From an uncultured Chloroflexia bacterium (GTDB taxonomy: Bacteria; Chloroflexota; UBA6077; JACCZL01): a stretch of 64,000 nt of DNA. The stretch covers positions 60,591-124,590 of the forward strand of contig CAVXYC010000021.1 of the NCBI GenBank assembly GCA_963765765.1, given 5' to 3'. The position numbers and the translations under genes were made by a program. The notes beneath the pieces were generated by a model. The model did no database searches. It was not told the DNA's origin and saw nothing but the letters and a program-made list of their open reading frames with translations. Shown here piece after piece: positions 31,025-42,123 of this stretch. Each line of letters begins with the position of its first letter. Positions within the stretch are counted from its first letter, which is position 1.

Positions 31025-32381
31025 TCACCTGTGGAGGCGAGCCACCGAAGCAGCCCTCCTCCATTCGAGTACCACCGCGCGGAGGGTTACCGGCCCGGGC
31101 GCTTTTTCGCGGGCATCCTCCCAGGCATCGCGGGCATGCTCCTTGACCCGATCCCAGGTGCTCGACCCGTGTCCGCTCCGACGCGACCATTCGCCATAGC
31201 CGGAGCCAAACTCGGTCTCGACGTCCTGCCAGTTGCGACCCCGGTAGCGTGGGTCATTGGCCATCTCGTAGCCGTAGCGGTACCCGGGCTCGGCTTCTTC
31301 CCAGCGACCTGCCGTGGATCCCGAGCGGGTTTGCCAGCGCTGCCGATACGACGGCATCGCCTCGTCCCACGAGCTGTATGTGGTTGACTGGCCCGCTCCG
31401 GTGTCGCCCGTCACGCGCGCCTCGCCCGTCTGTTTGACCCGCGCGACTTCACGCTGAACATCGGCTTCGACACGCTCGGTGTCCTGCACCGTGCGCTTCT
31501 GCAGCTCGACCTCCTCGTAGACCACTGGGCGCTTCTCGGCAATCACCTCTTCGCGCTCGACCTCGATCTCGATCTCCTCCTTGTCGCCGACCGGTCGGTC
31601 GGCACGGCCGACGGTCCACCGGGCGTCGTTCGACCGTCACTTCTTCATGGGTGACCGGCACGTCCACCGCTCGGTGCTCGGTGACGACGTCCTTCTCAAT
31701 CTCTACCGTCCCCGCCTCGGTGCGCTCCTTACGCGCGGCCAGCTCCTCTTCACGGAGCTCCAACGTGTCCGTCTCCCGTGCTGCGCGCGTGTCGGGAGCT
31801 TCGGCTCGGGCGCGCGCGACATTCGTCGTCTCGACCGCCCGGCCGGCCTGCTGCACGGCGCGGGCCTGAGCGGTATCACGCGTGTCCACGTCGTACGCGC
31901 CGAAGCTGTGCAAGATCGTGCGCGCATCGTCATAGCGCCCGTCCGCTTTGACGGTCACTATCGTTCGGCCGCCCTTGAACTCCTCGTCGTAGTAGCGCGC
32001 GTCCTCCTCGGGGACACCCATCCCAGTGAGCGCACCCAGGAGTCCCCCCGCCGCGGCGCCTACCGCGGCGCCGCCCAGCACGCCCGCCAGCAGGCCACCG
32101 GCCAGCACCGGGCCGATGCCCGGAATGAGACCGGCCGCCAGGGCGCCCAGCACCCCACCCACGACGCCACCGGCGACGGCCCCCTGGGCGGCTCCTCCAC
32201 CAGCGTCTCCCGCATCCTCCTCCGTCGATTGGACGGCGCCTTCCTTGTGGTCGGCATCGCGGATGGCGATGCCAATCTGGTCGTCGCGAAATCCACTCCG
32301 CTTCAATTCATCAATCGCGTGTTCGGCGTCGGTGCGGTCGTGAAAGACGCCGACAACGGCGGTTCGCTCAGTTGTTGCCAC
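31025..32381 (-). CDS. General-stress (YflT/17M-like) plus YsnF/DUF2382 protein (frameshifts near 31600)
   Basis: VVGVFHDR..AE.AI.EL...GF, IPGIGPVLAGG, GMGVPEEDARYY, LELREEEL, VPVTHEEV, YRYGYE. Confidence 0.85.
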
Positions 32382-32779
32382 GGTTCACTTCCTTCTGTGT
32401 GTGTTCGTCGAGATGATGTTTGCGTTGATTCATTGACGGCCACTCGGCCCAGGCTGCGCCGATCGTTGTGGTGCTTGCATCGACCTCCTTACACATGCGC
32501 GTGATCGCTCGTTAGCGCTGCTGCGCAGCATTCGCCGCCTCCTGGACCTTGGGTGCCGCCTGCTGGCCGCGCTCGTACCACCCACGGACGATCTCCGCCG
32601 CGGTATCCCGACTGCCGAGCCCAAACGCGAGACCGAGGGCGCCGGCACCGCGATACAAGAATCAGGCCAGGGGAGGCAGGCCACGGATCCGCGCGGCCCT
32701 GCGTCGGCGGGCCCCCGAGCTCCGGTGGCCGGTGCGACTCTTGCTCTGGATCGATCCAGCAACCACGGAGGAGACCTTC

Positions 32780-33751
32780 ATGACGCTGCCCGGTCCGCTG
32801 CATCTGATTACGGAGTCGTTCAGGGAGTGGCAGAAGGACAAGGCGTCGCGCCTGGCCGCTGCGCTCGCCTATTACACCGCGTTTTCCATCGCCCCGATGT
32901 TGTTGCTCATCATCACCATTGCGGGGATGGTGCTGGGTGAGGAGGCCGCTCAGGGGACGATCTTCGCGCAGCTCCAAGGACTCCTGGGGCCCGAGGTGGC
33001 CGGCTTTCTCCAGTCGGCCGTTGCGCACTCGCGCGAGCCGGGAGCCAATGCGATCTCCGCCGTCATCGGACTCGCCACCTTGGTCTGGAGCTCGTCGAAT
33101 GTATTGGTCAGCTCCAGGATGCACTGAACACCATCTGGGAGGTTCAGCCAAAACCCGCCCGGCATTGTCGGCTCTGTCAAACGCCGCATTGTGCCGCTCT
33201 CCATGGTCCTGGGAATTGGTTTCATCCTGCTGGTCTCACTGGCGCTCAGCGCCGGACTGTCGGCTGTGAGCGCATTCATGGGTGATGTATTGCCCGGGAT
33301 CCGCGCTCCTCTGGCAGATCGTGAACAACGTGCTCTCCTTCGCCGTCGTGACGCTGCTCTTCGCTGCCATCTACAAGGTGTTGCCCGACGCCGAGATCCG
33401 CTGGAGCGACGTCTGGATTGGCGCGGTGGTGACATCCGTGCTGTTCGTCATTGGCAAGGCAGTCATCGGGCTGTATCTCGGTCACGCCAGCGTCGGATCC
33501 ACCTACGGGGCCGCGGGCTCGCTCCTGGTGTTCCTGGTGTGGGTGTATTACGCGGCGCAAATCCTGTTCTTCGGGGCGGAGTTCACGCAGGTCTACGCGC
33601 GCACGCGGGGCTCCGAATCGTGCCGAGCGCGGATGCCGAGCCGCTGACCGCCGAAGCCCGCGGCGAGCAGGGGATGGCCGCCAGGGAGGACCCTACCACC
33701 GCCGCCACCAGGCAGGGGCACCCAACGATCGCCGCCCCGCCAGGTCCATGA
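32780..33751 (+). CDS. YihY/BrkB family membrane protein (three frameshifts)
   Basis: RLAAALAYYTAFS, ALNTIW, YKVLPD, YGAAGS, WVYYAAQILFFGAEF; RBS ggaggag. Confidence 0.88.
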
Positions 33752-34261
33752 GTCGGATGGATACCCCCGGGCGCGACGCCATGGCGGGCGGGACGCTGGT
33801 CCGATCAAGAAGCTGCTCTGGACGGCGTTCCCCGGTGGATCCGTGGCCATCACCGGTCTCATCGCGCTTAAAGTGACCAACGTGCTCTGGTCGAGCATCG
33901 TCCACAGGCCTCCACCTGACCGGTAAGTCTCGGGTCGCGTTCGATCACAGCGCCCGGCTTCGACACCGGATGGACACACGGGACAGAGGCCCGCGGACGA
34001 TGTAAGAGAAGGCCACAGCATGAACGACTCGGGCGTCTGCACGCTCCCGGAGTGTGCTCATCCGCCCCGGAAACCTCCACGCCGCCTGGTCGAATCCGAC
34101 CAGGTGGTGTCCCGCACTGTCGATGGCCATTCCAACGAGAGGGTACCTCCCATCGCCGCGAGAGCCACACGTGCGCGTCCCTCCGCAGGAGAAGAGAACA
34201 GGTCTCTGAGACGGGACCACGCGCTCTGGGGTGCTGGCTGCCCGGTGTGTCGCGGTCCACG

Positions 34262-34545
34262 GTCGCGCGCGGGAGCGCGCTCTTCCGAGAGCTCGTGCTC
34301 CGAGCGTATGAGTACCGCTGCGCCATCTGTGCTACCAGGGCTTCCTGAACGGCCAGGTCATCGGCCTGGACGCCGCACACGTCCGCTGGTGGGCCGGACG
34401 ACGTCCACAACGGCCTCTGTCTGTGCACCTTCCACCACAAGCTGCTGGACATGGGCGTCCTCGGGGCCGATGAGGACCGCTGCGTGCTCGTCTCCCAATA
34501 GTTCATCGCGCCCAACGACCAGGCCAACGCGCTGAGAGCCTGTAG
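34262..34545 (+). pseudogene. HNH endonuclease remnant (restriction-type HNH domain)
   Basis: FRELVLRAYEYRCAIC / GLDAAHVRWWA / NGLCLCTFHHKLLDMGVLG in shifting frames; internal TAG; no N-terminus. Confidence 0.75.
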
Positions 34546-34596
34546 TGCTTCCACCGTGGAGCGCGATTCACGGGCGTTGGATTGACGGCCTGGATG

Positions 34597-36164
34597 TTAC
34601 TGTCCGCGGGTCGTTGGATCGACTCCTGCGAACGCAGGAAATCGGTCATCCGAAAATTGGTGCCGCCGCCACTACCGGCAGCGTCGGAGGTCCAGTTCTT
34701 GTTCACGGACAGGTACGAGTTGGGATCTAGTTGGAGCAATCCGATGATGACCTCGCCCACGATCCGGCCCCCTACGGGACCGAGGAAACGCCCGCCATTG
34801 ACCGCTCGGCTTCCTTGAGGACGTAGTAGAACAGCGGTGTCCTCTCGTCGAGCTGGAGCGGCTGGAGCTCCGGAAGTCGGCCTTCACCAGCGGCGGCGCG
34901 CCGATGCGTCGGGCAATACTCTGGCCCGAAGGCACCTTCCAGGTGAGGCCGCGGAGCAGGGTCCGTTGCGGCAGGACGCGCAGCGTGGCATCCCGGCAAT
35001 GGCCCCGGGCGGAAGACTGAAGAGCGGCGTGGAGAGCTTCGTGTCGATCAACTTGTTCGGCTTCACTTCGGGATTGCCATCTTTATCGCGCAGTCCGAAG
35101 TCGAAGAACATTGCCAGCCCAGGAATCGGCGCGGTGCCCGAGCGCCCCCGATGAGGCTTGCCGGATCTGAGATCGGTTTCTCCAGGTCCGCGGGGTCGAA
35201 GATCATGCCGAAAATGGCTCTTTCTTTAGATCGCCCGCGAGGTTGGCGCGGTAGGACGGACGCACCATGGAGTGACCGAAGCGATACGCGGCCCCCTGGA
35301 ACTCCACCGGCATGAACGCGTCCCGCGTCGGCATGTAGAACTTGCGTCCCTGAGACAGGATGGTGTTGACCATCGACTGGCCGACAAACAAGGGGAGGAA
35401 TTCGTGCAGGACCATCCACTGGTAGTGCCAGATGGTGAGTTGGCGGGCGCGATTGAACACCTCGTTCGCGCCCGAGGCACCCTGGGACTTCACGTGGTCC
35501 ACGGCGTGGTTGTGGAAGAGCAGGAAGGCGGCGTGCAAGCCTGACAAAATCAGGTTCTCGTCATTGCGCGGATCGCCAATGATGCGCGCCGACTAGCGTC
35601 CCGCAGGAGATCTTCGAAGAGTCCGCCATTTCCACCTTAAATTTTCCGGGGTTCGAGGGGTCGTACAGCTGCGGACTGAGCCGTGGGACCGCCACCGTAG
35701 ACCGAGTCGGCATCAAATGCGGGGGTGCGAGCATTGGTCGAGTGTTGTGGCGGTGAGGGCGCACCGAGTCGCGAGTCGGTGTCAACGTGGTGTCATGGTC
35801 CATGAATTGGCCCATGAAGGTGGTGCCGGCGGAGTGGTTGGGGTTGTTCGGATTGCCCGCGCTCGGGCCGGATCGGTAATGAGTTTGACCGGTCCGTCGC
35901 CAGAGAATCCTTCGCGTCCAGGATACCGACCGGCTTGCCGAGCTCCATGAGCGCGGCTTCAACGTTCGGGCTCTGCGACGAGAACGGTGGCAGATCGAAC
36001 ATCCGGCCGAAATTATCTTCAGGGTTTGCCTGGCGGGCAGGCGATGCCTGGATCACATCGGGCCACCGGAAACCGATCGCGGCTGTCCCAGCGACACCGA
36101 GTGTGCCCAAAAATCGTCGGCGGGTCACACCGATCATCCGAGGATTGCGCTTACGTTTGTCCAT
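34597..36164 (-). CDS. Tat-exported heme peroxidase (peroxidase-cyclooxygenase-like), heavily frameshifted
   Basis: TRRRFLG signal; FGRMF, TFMGQFMDHD, IGDPRNDEN, WHYQWMVLHEFLP, AAYRFGHSMVR, TPLFYYVLKEAE, GGRIVGEV; roughly 8 or more frame changes. Confidence 0.8.
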
Positions 36165-37338
36165 GCGATGGATTCGCCTCCGTCGATGTCAGCGCACGGT
36201 CATCCGAACGCTGCAAGCGCACCCTGCTCTAACGGCGCTGATCCTCACTGAGGCGCCGGTGCGCTCGAGCGCACTCGGCGGAGTACGCCGTTTTGAGCCC
36301 CGGTCAGCTGGGCGTGCCTCTTTAACACTCAAGACCGACTCTCGGCTATCCCCCACGTGGGGTCTTCAAGCAGTGCCGATACCGGGCCAATCGGTTTACT
36401 CCACCGGGTCCGTGAGCTATCTCCAACGTGCCAGGGCGCTGGTCTGAGCGCACGGTCGTGACGGATGTTCGCAGCAGGGCGTCGAGCTTGATCGCGTGGT
36501 CCGTGAACAGACGACTAGGTCACGAAGTCGAGTGTTGCCGGACGGCCGCATCATCGCGATTGGCTGGATCCCAGACAGGAGGGCACGGACAGCCAGGACG
36601 AGACCGCAATCGCCGCCGCCGCCAAGACGACGATCCGCCCGCGCTGACCCCAACATTCACCAGCACGCCCGCGTCTACGGGGTCCCTGCAAGCGGCCACG
36701 CCCACCAACACGCTGCCCCCGGTGCAGCCGGGCCTTCGCAAATAGCCAGGGTGTGGAAACAGCAGGTCACCATCCGCCCCGCTCGCGCACCCAGCACGGC
36801 CTGGTGACTGTAGGCTATGCCGTGGTGGCACCGCCGCATTGGCACCAGATCTCAACCAGTCGCTCTCCGCAGTGCTTCAGATCACCCACGCGAGTACCGC
36901 AGCCCTATCCGCGGCCATCGGCGGTGTGACGATTACACCGAGTGGGACGTCCGATAGCTCGACAAGGTAGCGAGCCGCTCGAGATGGAAACCCTGGAGCC
37001 CATGGCGAGACATGGGAGGCGCAGTGTGCCACGCGTCGCTCGCGGAGTCGACTTGGTTGACTGCCCGCGCCGAGCGGATCATGGTATCGCTAGCATGGAG
37101 CCTATCGCTAGCATGGAGCGGGGGGCGTAGGCGATGGCGTTGTGCACCAGGTGGAGCAGCGGGATCGGGAACAGCGGCACCAGCGCGCCTGGCCCGTGAC
37201 CTGTTGTAGCATCGACGGGATCCTCATGAACTCCCACTGGCAACGGGCCGAACGATCCCGACGTATCATGCTGTCGGCAGGCCGGTGTCCGCTGATTGAG
37301 ATGCCCCAGCATGGTGTCTCGCCGGCCGCCGAAAAGCG

Positions 37339-37572
37339 CTAGCGTCCCAGCCGTTCCAGTTCCTCAAGGTGGTCGGTCTCCGCGGAGAGCATGCTCTCCA
37401 GTCGGATCGCCAGGCCCTTGTCCCCGAATTCGAGCGCTTGATCGATGCGCTTGGTGTAGTTGGCGATCACCGCTCGCTCCGCGGCGATGTTGTCACTCAA
37501 GAGTTCGCGCGCGGCGAGCAAGCTCCGTGGGATGATTCGGATGCATGTGAACGGGGGTGATTCGACATCCAT
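37339..37572 (-). pseudogene. Bacterioferritin/ferritin-like C-terminal fragment
   Basis: AERAVIANY...GDKGL...LESMLSAETDH; the first two helices are absent. Confidence 0.6.
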
Positions 37573-37690
37573 CCTGCAACGCGTACTGGTGCCGATAAGC
37601 CCGATGAGACGGCCCGAGTGGGAGCCTGGCGTTTCTGGGACTATAGGGGCGGATCTGGTGGAGCGTGTGACAGCGCCCCTTCCACCTAGA

Positions 37691-38407
37691 TCATGTCAGC
37701 CCACTCGCGCAGAAGCAACGACGCTTGCTTTTCGTCCGCGATCTGGAGTTTCTAGGCCGTTTCGAGAAGATGGTGACGCCGATCATCCACGGCCTCGGAT
37801 CAGGGTGCATGTTTTCCAACCGCGCGACGACGGGAGGGTAAGACGGGCGCATCTCCAGCCCCTGCCAGTGTTGGGTAGCTTGGCGGTAATTGTCGATCTG
37901 CTCTGCTTGAAGCGTGCGCAATTGCTCAATGTACGGCAGCATCGCCGCTGATCGATTTATTAGTGCCGCCTGGATCAGTGTCCAGAAATCGCGCCGTGCA
38001 AGGGAGAGTCGGGGACTCGGCGCTTGCTTCAGGTCGAACCAGATGTTTAGCCACAGGGCGAACGCGTCAATCGCCGCCTGCGCTGATCCCACGCCCGCGG
38101 AGACGTACAGGTCGGCCTCGTTTATGTCCAGAGTGTTGTCGAGCATTCGGGCGGCCAGTCGCATTCTGCTGATTGAGCGGCCCACCCCGTGTGTTAGGAC
38201 ATAATCCCAACTGGTCGCGTTGTCCTGGTTCCTCGGAAAGAATGAGTTTTTACCCTTCCGGAATGCTGCAATGCAGGCAGGGAGCTCGTAGCGCGTCGTC
38301 TCCATAAGGCGATTATCCGTCACTGCCCAGGTCCAGGACGACGATGAGGGCCCAGCCAGGCCCCCAGAAAAGCCCAGACAATATGCCCGGGAGAATTTCT
38401 CAGTCAT
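37691..38407 (-). CDS. Hypothetical protein, candidate HEPN domain (Cthe_2314-like)
   Basis: Helical pattern SAQAAIDAFALWLNIWFDL followed by an R-x4-H motif (YRQATQH); the C-terminus may be frameshifted. Confidence 0.45.
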   Translation of the reverse strand: MTEKFSRAYCLGFSGGLAGPSSSSWTWAVTDNRLMETTRYELPACIAAFRKGKNSFFPRNQDNATSWDYVLTHGVGRSISRMRLAARMLDNTLDINEADLYVSAGVGSAQAAIDAFALWLNIWFDLKQAPSPRLSLARRDFWTLIQAALINRSAAMLPYIEQLRTLQAEQIDNYRQATQHWQGLEMRPSYPPVVARLENMHPDPRPWMIGVTIFSKRPRNSRSRTKSKRRCFCASGLT

Positions 38408-38823
38408 CGCGGTAGGGGCGGATCGGGGTCAGTCCGAGGAGACTTGTCCGGAAACCCCAAACATGGCGCCGTCGGACACGGCCATGAGGAGATCCACCGT
38501 TCCTTTTCCAGGATCGCTTCAGCGTCAGCCTGCTCAGGGCCATTCTCCCGCCAGCAGCGTGCCCCCGGTGTGGGTCGAGCCGCTGTCGTTCACGTTGGAC
38601 ATCGCGGGGAGCGGGACCGGGATTGGCTGGAAGAGAAGATTGACCCATGACACTCGTCATTGGCGGCAACGTGATGAGGGCGGAGCATCGTGTTAAAAGC
38701 ATCGAGCATGAGCTCTTCAAGCTTGAGACTGACCACGCCGAGGCGTGTAAGCCGCGATGGACTTGATATGCACTGTGCCACGACGGCGTTCGCGGGAGCT
38801 CACGTGGCGCCGCGGAGGACCGC

Positions 38824-39318
38824 GTGAATCATTCGAGGCGGGTGCCACCGGGCGTGCCCGTCGAGCGACCAGCCTCGCTCGGGACCCAGAGCGGGGCGGT
38901 CCCGGCCTGGGTGTTCGTGCTGGTGGTGGCCCTACCGGTCGCGGTCGGCTGGTTCGTTGCTCTGTCCCTCGACCTCTCCTGGGTCCGTGGGTCGGCCGGA
39001 GCGAGGGTCGCGACCGCGCGCGGGCCCGTCGCGAGCGACCGCGGCACCAACGTGCCTGACGCGCCGACCGCCGCGGCGCCGGAGGCGGACTCTCGGCCGG
39101 CGCCGGGCCCCGGTGAGGCTGCCCGGGTGGCGCACACGGACGGGCAGGGCGTGGTGCTCCGCACCGCGCCGCGCGAGGACGCCCGGGTGCCGCGCGGCCT
39201 GCTCGAGGGGGCCCGGGTGACCGTGATCGAGCGGCCTGACGGCGAGTGGGCGCATGTGCGCGGTGACAACGGGCTGGAAGGATGGGTACCGATCGAGTTC
39301 CTTGCGGCCTCCGACTGA
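38824..39318 (+). CDS. Membrane-anchored bacterial SH3 domain protein
   Basis: TM segment, Pro/Ala linker, then GVVLRTAP...LLEGARVTV...WAHVR...EGWVP.EFL. Confidence 0.8.
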   Translation: MNHSRRVPPGVPVERPASLGTQSGAVPAWVFVLVVALPVAVGWFVALSLDLSWVRGSAGARVATARGPVASDRGTNVPDAPTAAAPEADSRPAPGPGEAARVAHTDGQGVVLRTAPREDARVPRGLLEGARVTVIERPDGEWAHVRGDNGLEGWVPIEFLAASD

Positions 39319-39792
39319 AGGGCCCGTGCACGGGGGCGGCCACCCCGCCGATCGCCGCGGCACCCCACGGCCACGCATCCGCTCGAAGCGGTCATCTCCT
39401 GAACTTGATCGGTGGCCGGCCCGACCTGCTCTCCGATGCGATCCTTCATCTGTCCGATGGTGCCACGCTCTTCGTCATCAGGTCGGTTTGGTCCGCCCGG
39501 TGTGCTGCCCATGCCGGGCGTGGACCCAATACGGTTTAGTAAAAACGCCGGTGGCTCGTGGGCAGCTTTGGAATTCGGGTGGACGGGACACCGCTCTGGA
39601 TTCCGCGCACGCTGCCAACCCGAGATCGCGGAATCTACAGCGGTGTCCTTGCTACCGCACTCCAAGCTGCCCTAATCATTATTGGCCAGAGACGCCTTTC
39701 CCACCGGGGCTGGCCGCTGATCGCTATTTCGGAAGAGAACGAATGTCGTCGGGTCATAGCGGGCCTTTCCGTGGGCCGGGGGCTCGCCGATC

Positions 39793-40299
39793 CTACGGGA
39801 CCAGATAGCTCATCGTTTGCACACTGACCTGACCGACATCTGGCGGACCTGGGAAGGCGACAACGGCCTCCATCGTGGCGCCGCCGGCCAGCACGTCTAA
39901 TCGTATTTCGGCCGGCGCGCTGGCGCCTGGGTGGGCAATGACTACGCGGAGATCTGTCGCGGGTGACGTGCCGGTATTGACGATCTCGACCGGTAAGTAG
40001 CTCGCGCCGTCTGTATTCCACACCCGCTCGTGGAGCGGCGTGACGGAAATGCTCGCACCGCGATCGTCGCTACTCAGGCTCTCGAACAGGACAAGCCCGA
40101 GCAGGCCCAGAACTATGGCCGCGCTCAACGCGAATGTGGCCACCTCAGCATATCGGCGATTGCGATTCCAGTCGGTCCGGGTCACGCCCTCGTCTTCCTC
40201 TGGTTCGCGACGGAGTCTGCCGCGTCCAAGTGAGGAGCCGGGATGGATTCGCCACCATGGACCCGCGGCCCCGAATCTACGAAGCTCGATGGGAGTCAT
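39793..40299 (-). CDS. TIGR02588-type protein (alternative start 40185)
   Basis: E..TFALS..IVLGLLG TM segment, YLPVEIVNTG, terminal SYLVP; ATGA-coupled to the TIGR02587-type gene. Confidence 0.7.
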   Translation of the reverse strand: MTPIELRRFGAAGPWWRIHPGSSLGRGRLRREPEEDEGVTRTDWNRNRRYAEVATFALSAAIVLGLLGLVLFESLSSDDRGASISVTPLHERVWNTDGASYLPVEIVNTGTSPATDLRVVIAHPGASAPAEIRLDVLAGGATMEAVVAFPGPPDVGQVSVQTMSYLVP

Positions 40300-41183
40300 A
40301 GCGCGATCCGTCCTGCGGCTCCGCCCACGCACGCCGGCAACCCGAGAACCAACGTCTGGGTCATCACCGAAGACAGCGAGTCTCCGGCACCGAGACGCTG
40401 GAGCAAGAACAGTGCAGAGCCGGCCACGATCAGTGAAACGATGTACGCCAGTGCTGTTTCTCCAACGGGTCCCTGGAGCGCGTGCTCGCGCGCTGGGTGC
40501 CGTTTTTGTGGGTCAAAGCCGCTGGCAAACACAATGCCGTAACTCACCAGAAGCGACAGGACAATGAGCGCCGCGACGTGGAGCGACCCAAGCCCCGCGG
40601 CAATCATCGGGATCTCGTCCGTTGGGGCAATGGCGAATGACAGGAACAGCGCCCCCGCCGCCGTCGCTCCAACGTCGCTCAGGAGCTCTCTCAAGGGCGG
40701 CTTTTCATCGGTGGCTTTGGATTTATCGCCAAATGCGCGGCCGAATACCGTGTTGGCGACCATTGCGCCGATGCTCAGAGGAACGGACTGCAGGATAAGC
40801 TTTCCCAGCAAGCTGTTCAGCGGCTCGGTGAGCTGGATCTGGTTTAAAACGGCCAGAACGACCGCCGACCCAATGATCCCCACCGCCACCGCGTCTGTAG
40901 CCTGATCGATTCGAGATCGGAAGGTGGATTCGCGCTTGAATCCCGCGATGCTGGCGAGCCCCAGGTTGGCCAGGAACGCGATGCTGAGTAGGGCGATCAG
41001 TCGCGGCGTCTCAATGGTGGCTCCCAGCCACCACATCTCCATCGTATAGAGCAGCGGCATGCCAAATAGGAACGCGCCGGAGAATGCCCGAACAAAATCC
41101 CCAAGCTCCTTTTGCCAGGGACCGGGCTCACCTGATTCCCGTATCTCGGAGCTGCTTTTTGGGTATTGAATGAGCGCAGACAC
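40296..41183 (-). CDS. TIGR02587/DUF2391-type integral membrane protein
   Basis: GAFLFGMPLLYTMEMWWLG, IAPTDEIPMIA, VLGLPACVGGAAGR. Confidence 0.85.
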   Translation of the reverse strand: MSALIQYPKSSSEIRESGEPGPWQKELGDFVRAFSGAFLFGMPLLYTMEMWWLGATIETPRLIALLSIAFLANLGLASIAGFKRESTFRSRIDQATDAVAVGIIGSAVVLAVLNQIQLTEPLNSLLGKLILQSVPLSIGAMVANTVFGRAFGDKSKATDEKPPLRELLSDVGATAAGALFLSFAIAPTDEIPMIAAGLGSLHVAALIVLSLLVSYGIVFASGFDPQKRHPAREHALQGPVGETALAYIVSLIVAGSALFLLQRLGAGDSLSSVMTQTLVLGLPACVGGAAGRIAL

Positions 41184-41417
41184 ATGAACGTCCAGACTTC
41201 ACTTGAGCAGAAGATGTGCCGACTAGCGGTTGCTGACGAGCCGATCCGGGCGTAAGTGGCTCTGGGCTCACCCGAACGGCTCATGACACACAATGAGACC
41301 TGCCATAGAATCGTTCCGTTTCAAGCACTGAGCCTCGCTAACAAGCACCATCTCGGGATTCACTCATTCGCCAGCCCAGAGCACAACGTCTATCAGAATC
41401 GGCAACGGAGTATCACT

Positions 41418-42083
41418 ATGCCGCTTGACCGCTACGGCGTTCTTTCAGGACAGCTTGTTCGTCACCATCGCGACCAGCCGGATAACCAGGGCCGCTGGTA
41501 CCATGTCAATCTGATCGTTTCCGCTCCGCTGGGTGAGTACCGCTGCGCGATCGACGTGGACAGCCATGCGTCCAACACGGGTGTGGAGTGGCGAGTGATT
41601 CCTATTGAAACCCGCGCCATTGCCGGGGTCCTGGCACTATCAGCTGGGTACCACGACCTCGCCCTCAACGCGAGCTCGGGAGCCATTGACTACATCCGGA
41701 GTCCCTGGTTGCGAGCGAAGGTGGGCTGCCTGTTCGTGACCATGCCCAATGCGCTCCTGCAATTCATTCTCGCCATTCTGGGCGCCATCGTGAATCAGTG
41801 GCAGCGCGGCAACAGCCTCCAGGCTAGTACGGCGCTGGAAGGCATTCTGCATCCCGGTAAGCGCATCCTCGTCTGGGGAGAGCCATTCACGTCAGGTTTG
41901 GGCATGCACAATGTCCATCAGAATCAGGGTGATCCCGCCGGCTCGCAATGGTGGGCGGAGAACGCGATCTGGCAAGACGGCGGCACCATCGCTGAGCAGC
42001 CCGATGGAAGCTGGGTGGCGTTTATCAGCAAGTTCACCTCCCAGTCCTACCGCACGGACAAGAATGGGCACCCGGCTCCTTGA
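41418..42083 (+). CDS. YukJ/DUF2278 family protein
   Basis: MPL..YGVL.G, AIDYIRSP, WGEPF..G.GMHNVHQNQG, ENAIWQDGG, KF.SQS..TD. Confidence 0.85.
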   Translation: MPLDRYGVLSGQLVRHHRDQPDNQGRWYHVNLIVSAPLGEYRCAIDVDSHASNTGVEWRVIPIETRAIAGVLALSAGYHDLALNASSGAIDYIRSPWLRAKVGCLFVTMPNALLQFILAILGAIVNQWQRGNSLQASTALEGILHPGKRILVWGEPFTSGLGMHNVHQNQGDPAGSQWWAENAIWQDGGTIAEQPDGSWVAFISKFTSQSYRTDKNGHPAP

Positions 42084-42123
42084 CAAGCTGGGATGAGCAT
42101 CGCGCTCGCGCCGGACTCGTGAA

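Noticed and set aside
32430-32480. 16-codon ORF with a strong RBS upstream of the YflT-YsnF gene
   Set aside because: Cannot be distinguished from a frameshifted fragment in an indel-rich region.
37085-37119. Tandem duplication tatcgctagcatggagc (period 18)
   Set aside because: Two copies only, in a decayed region with no functional context.
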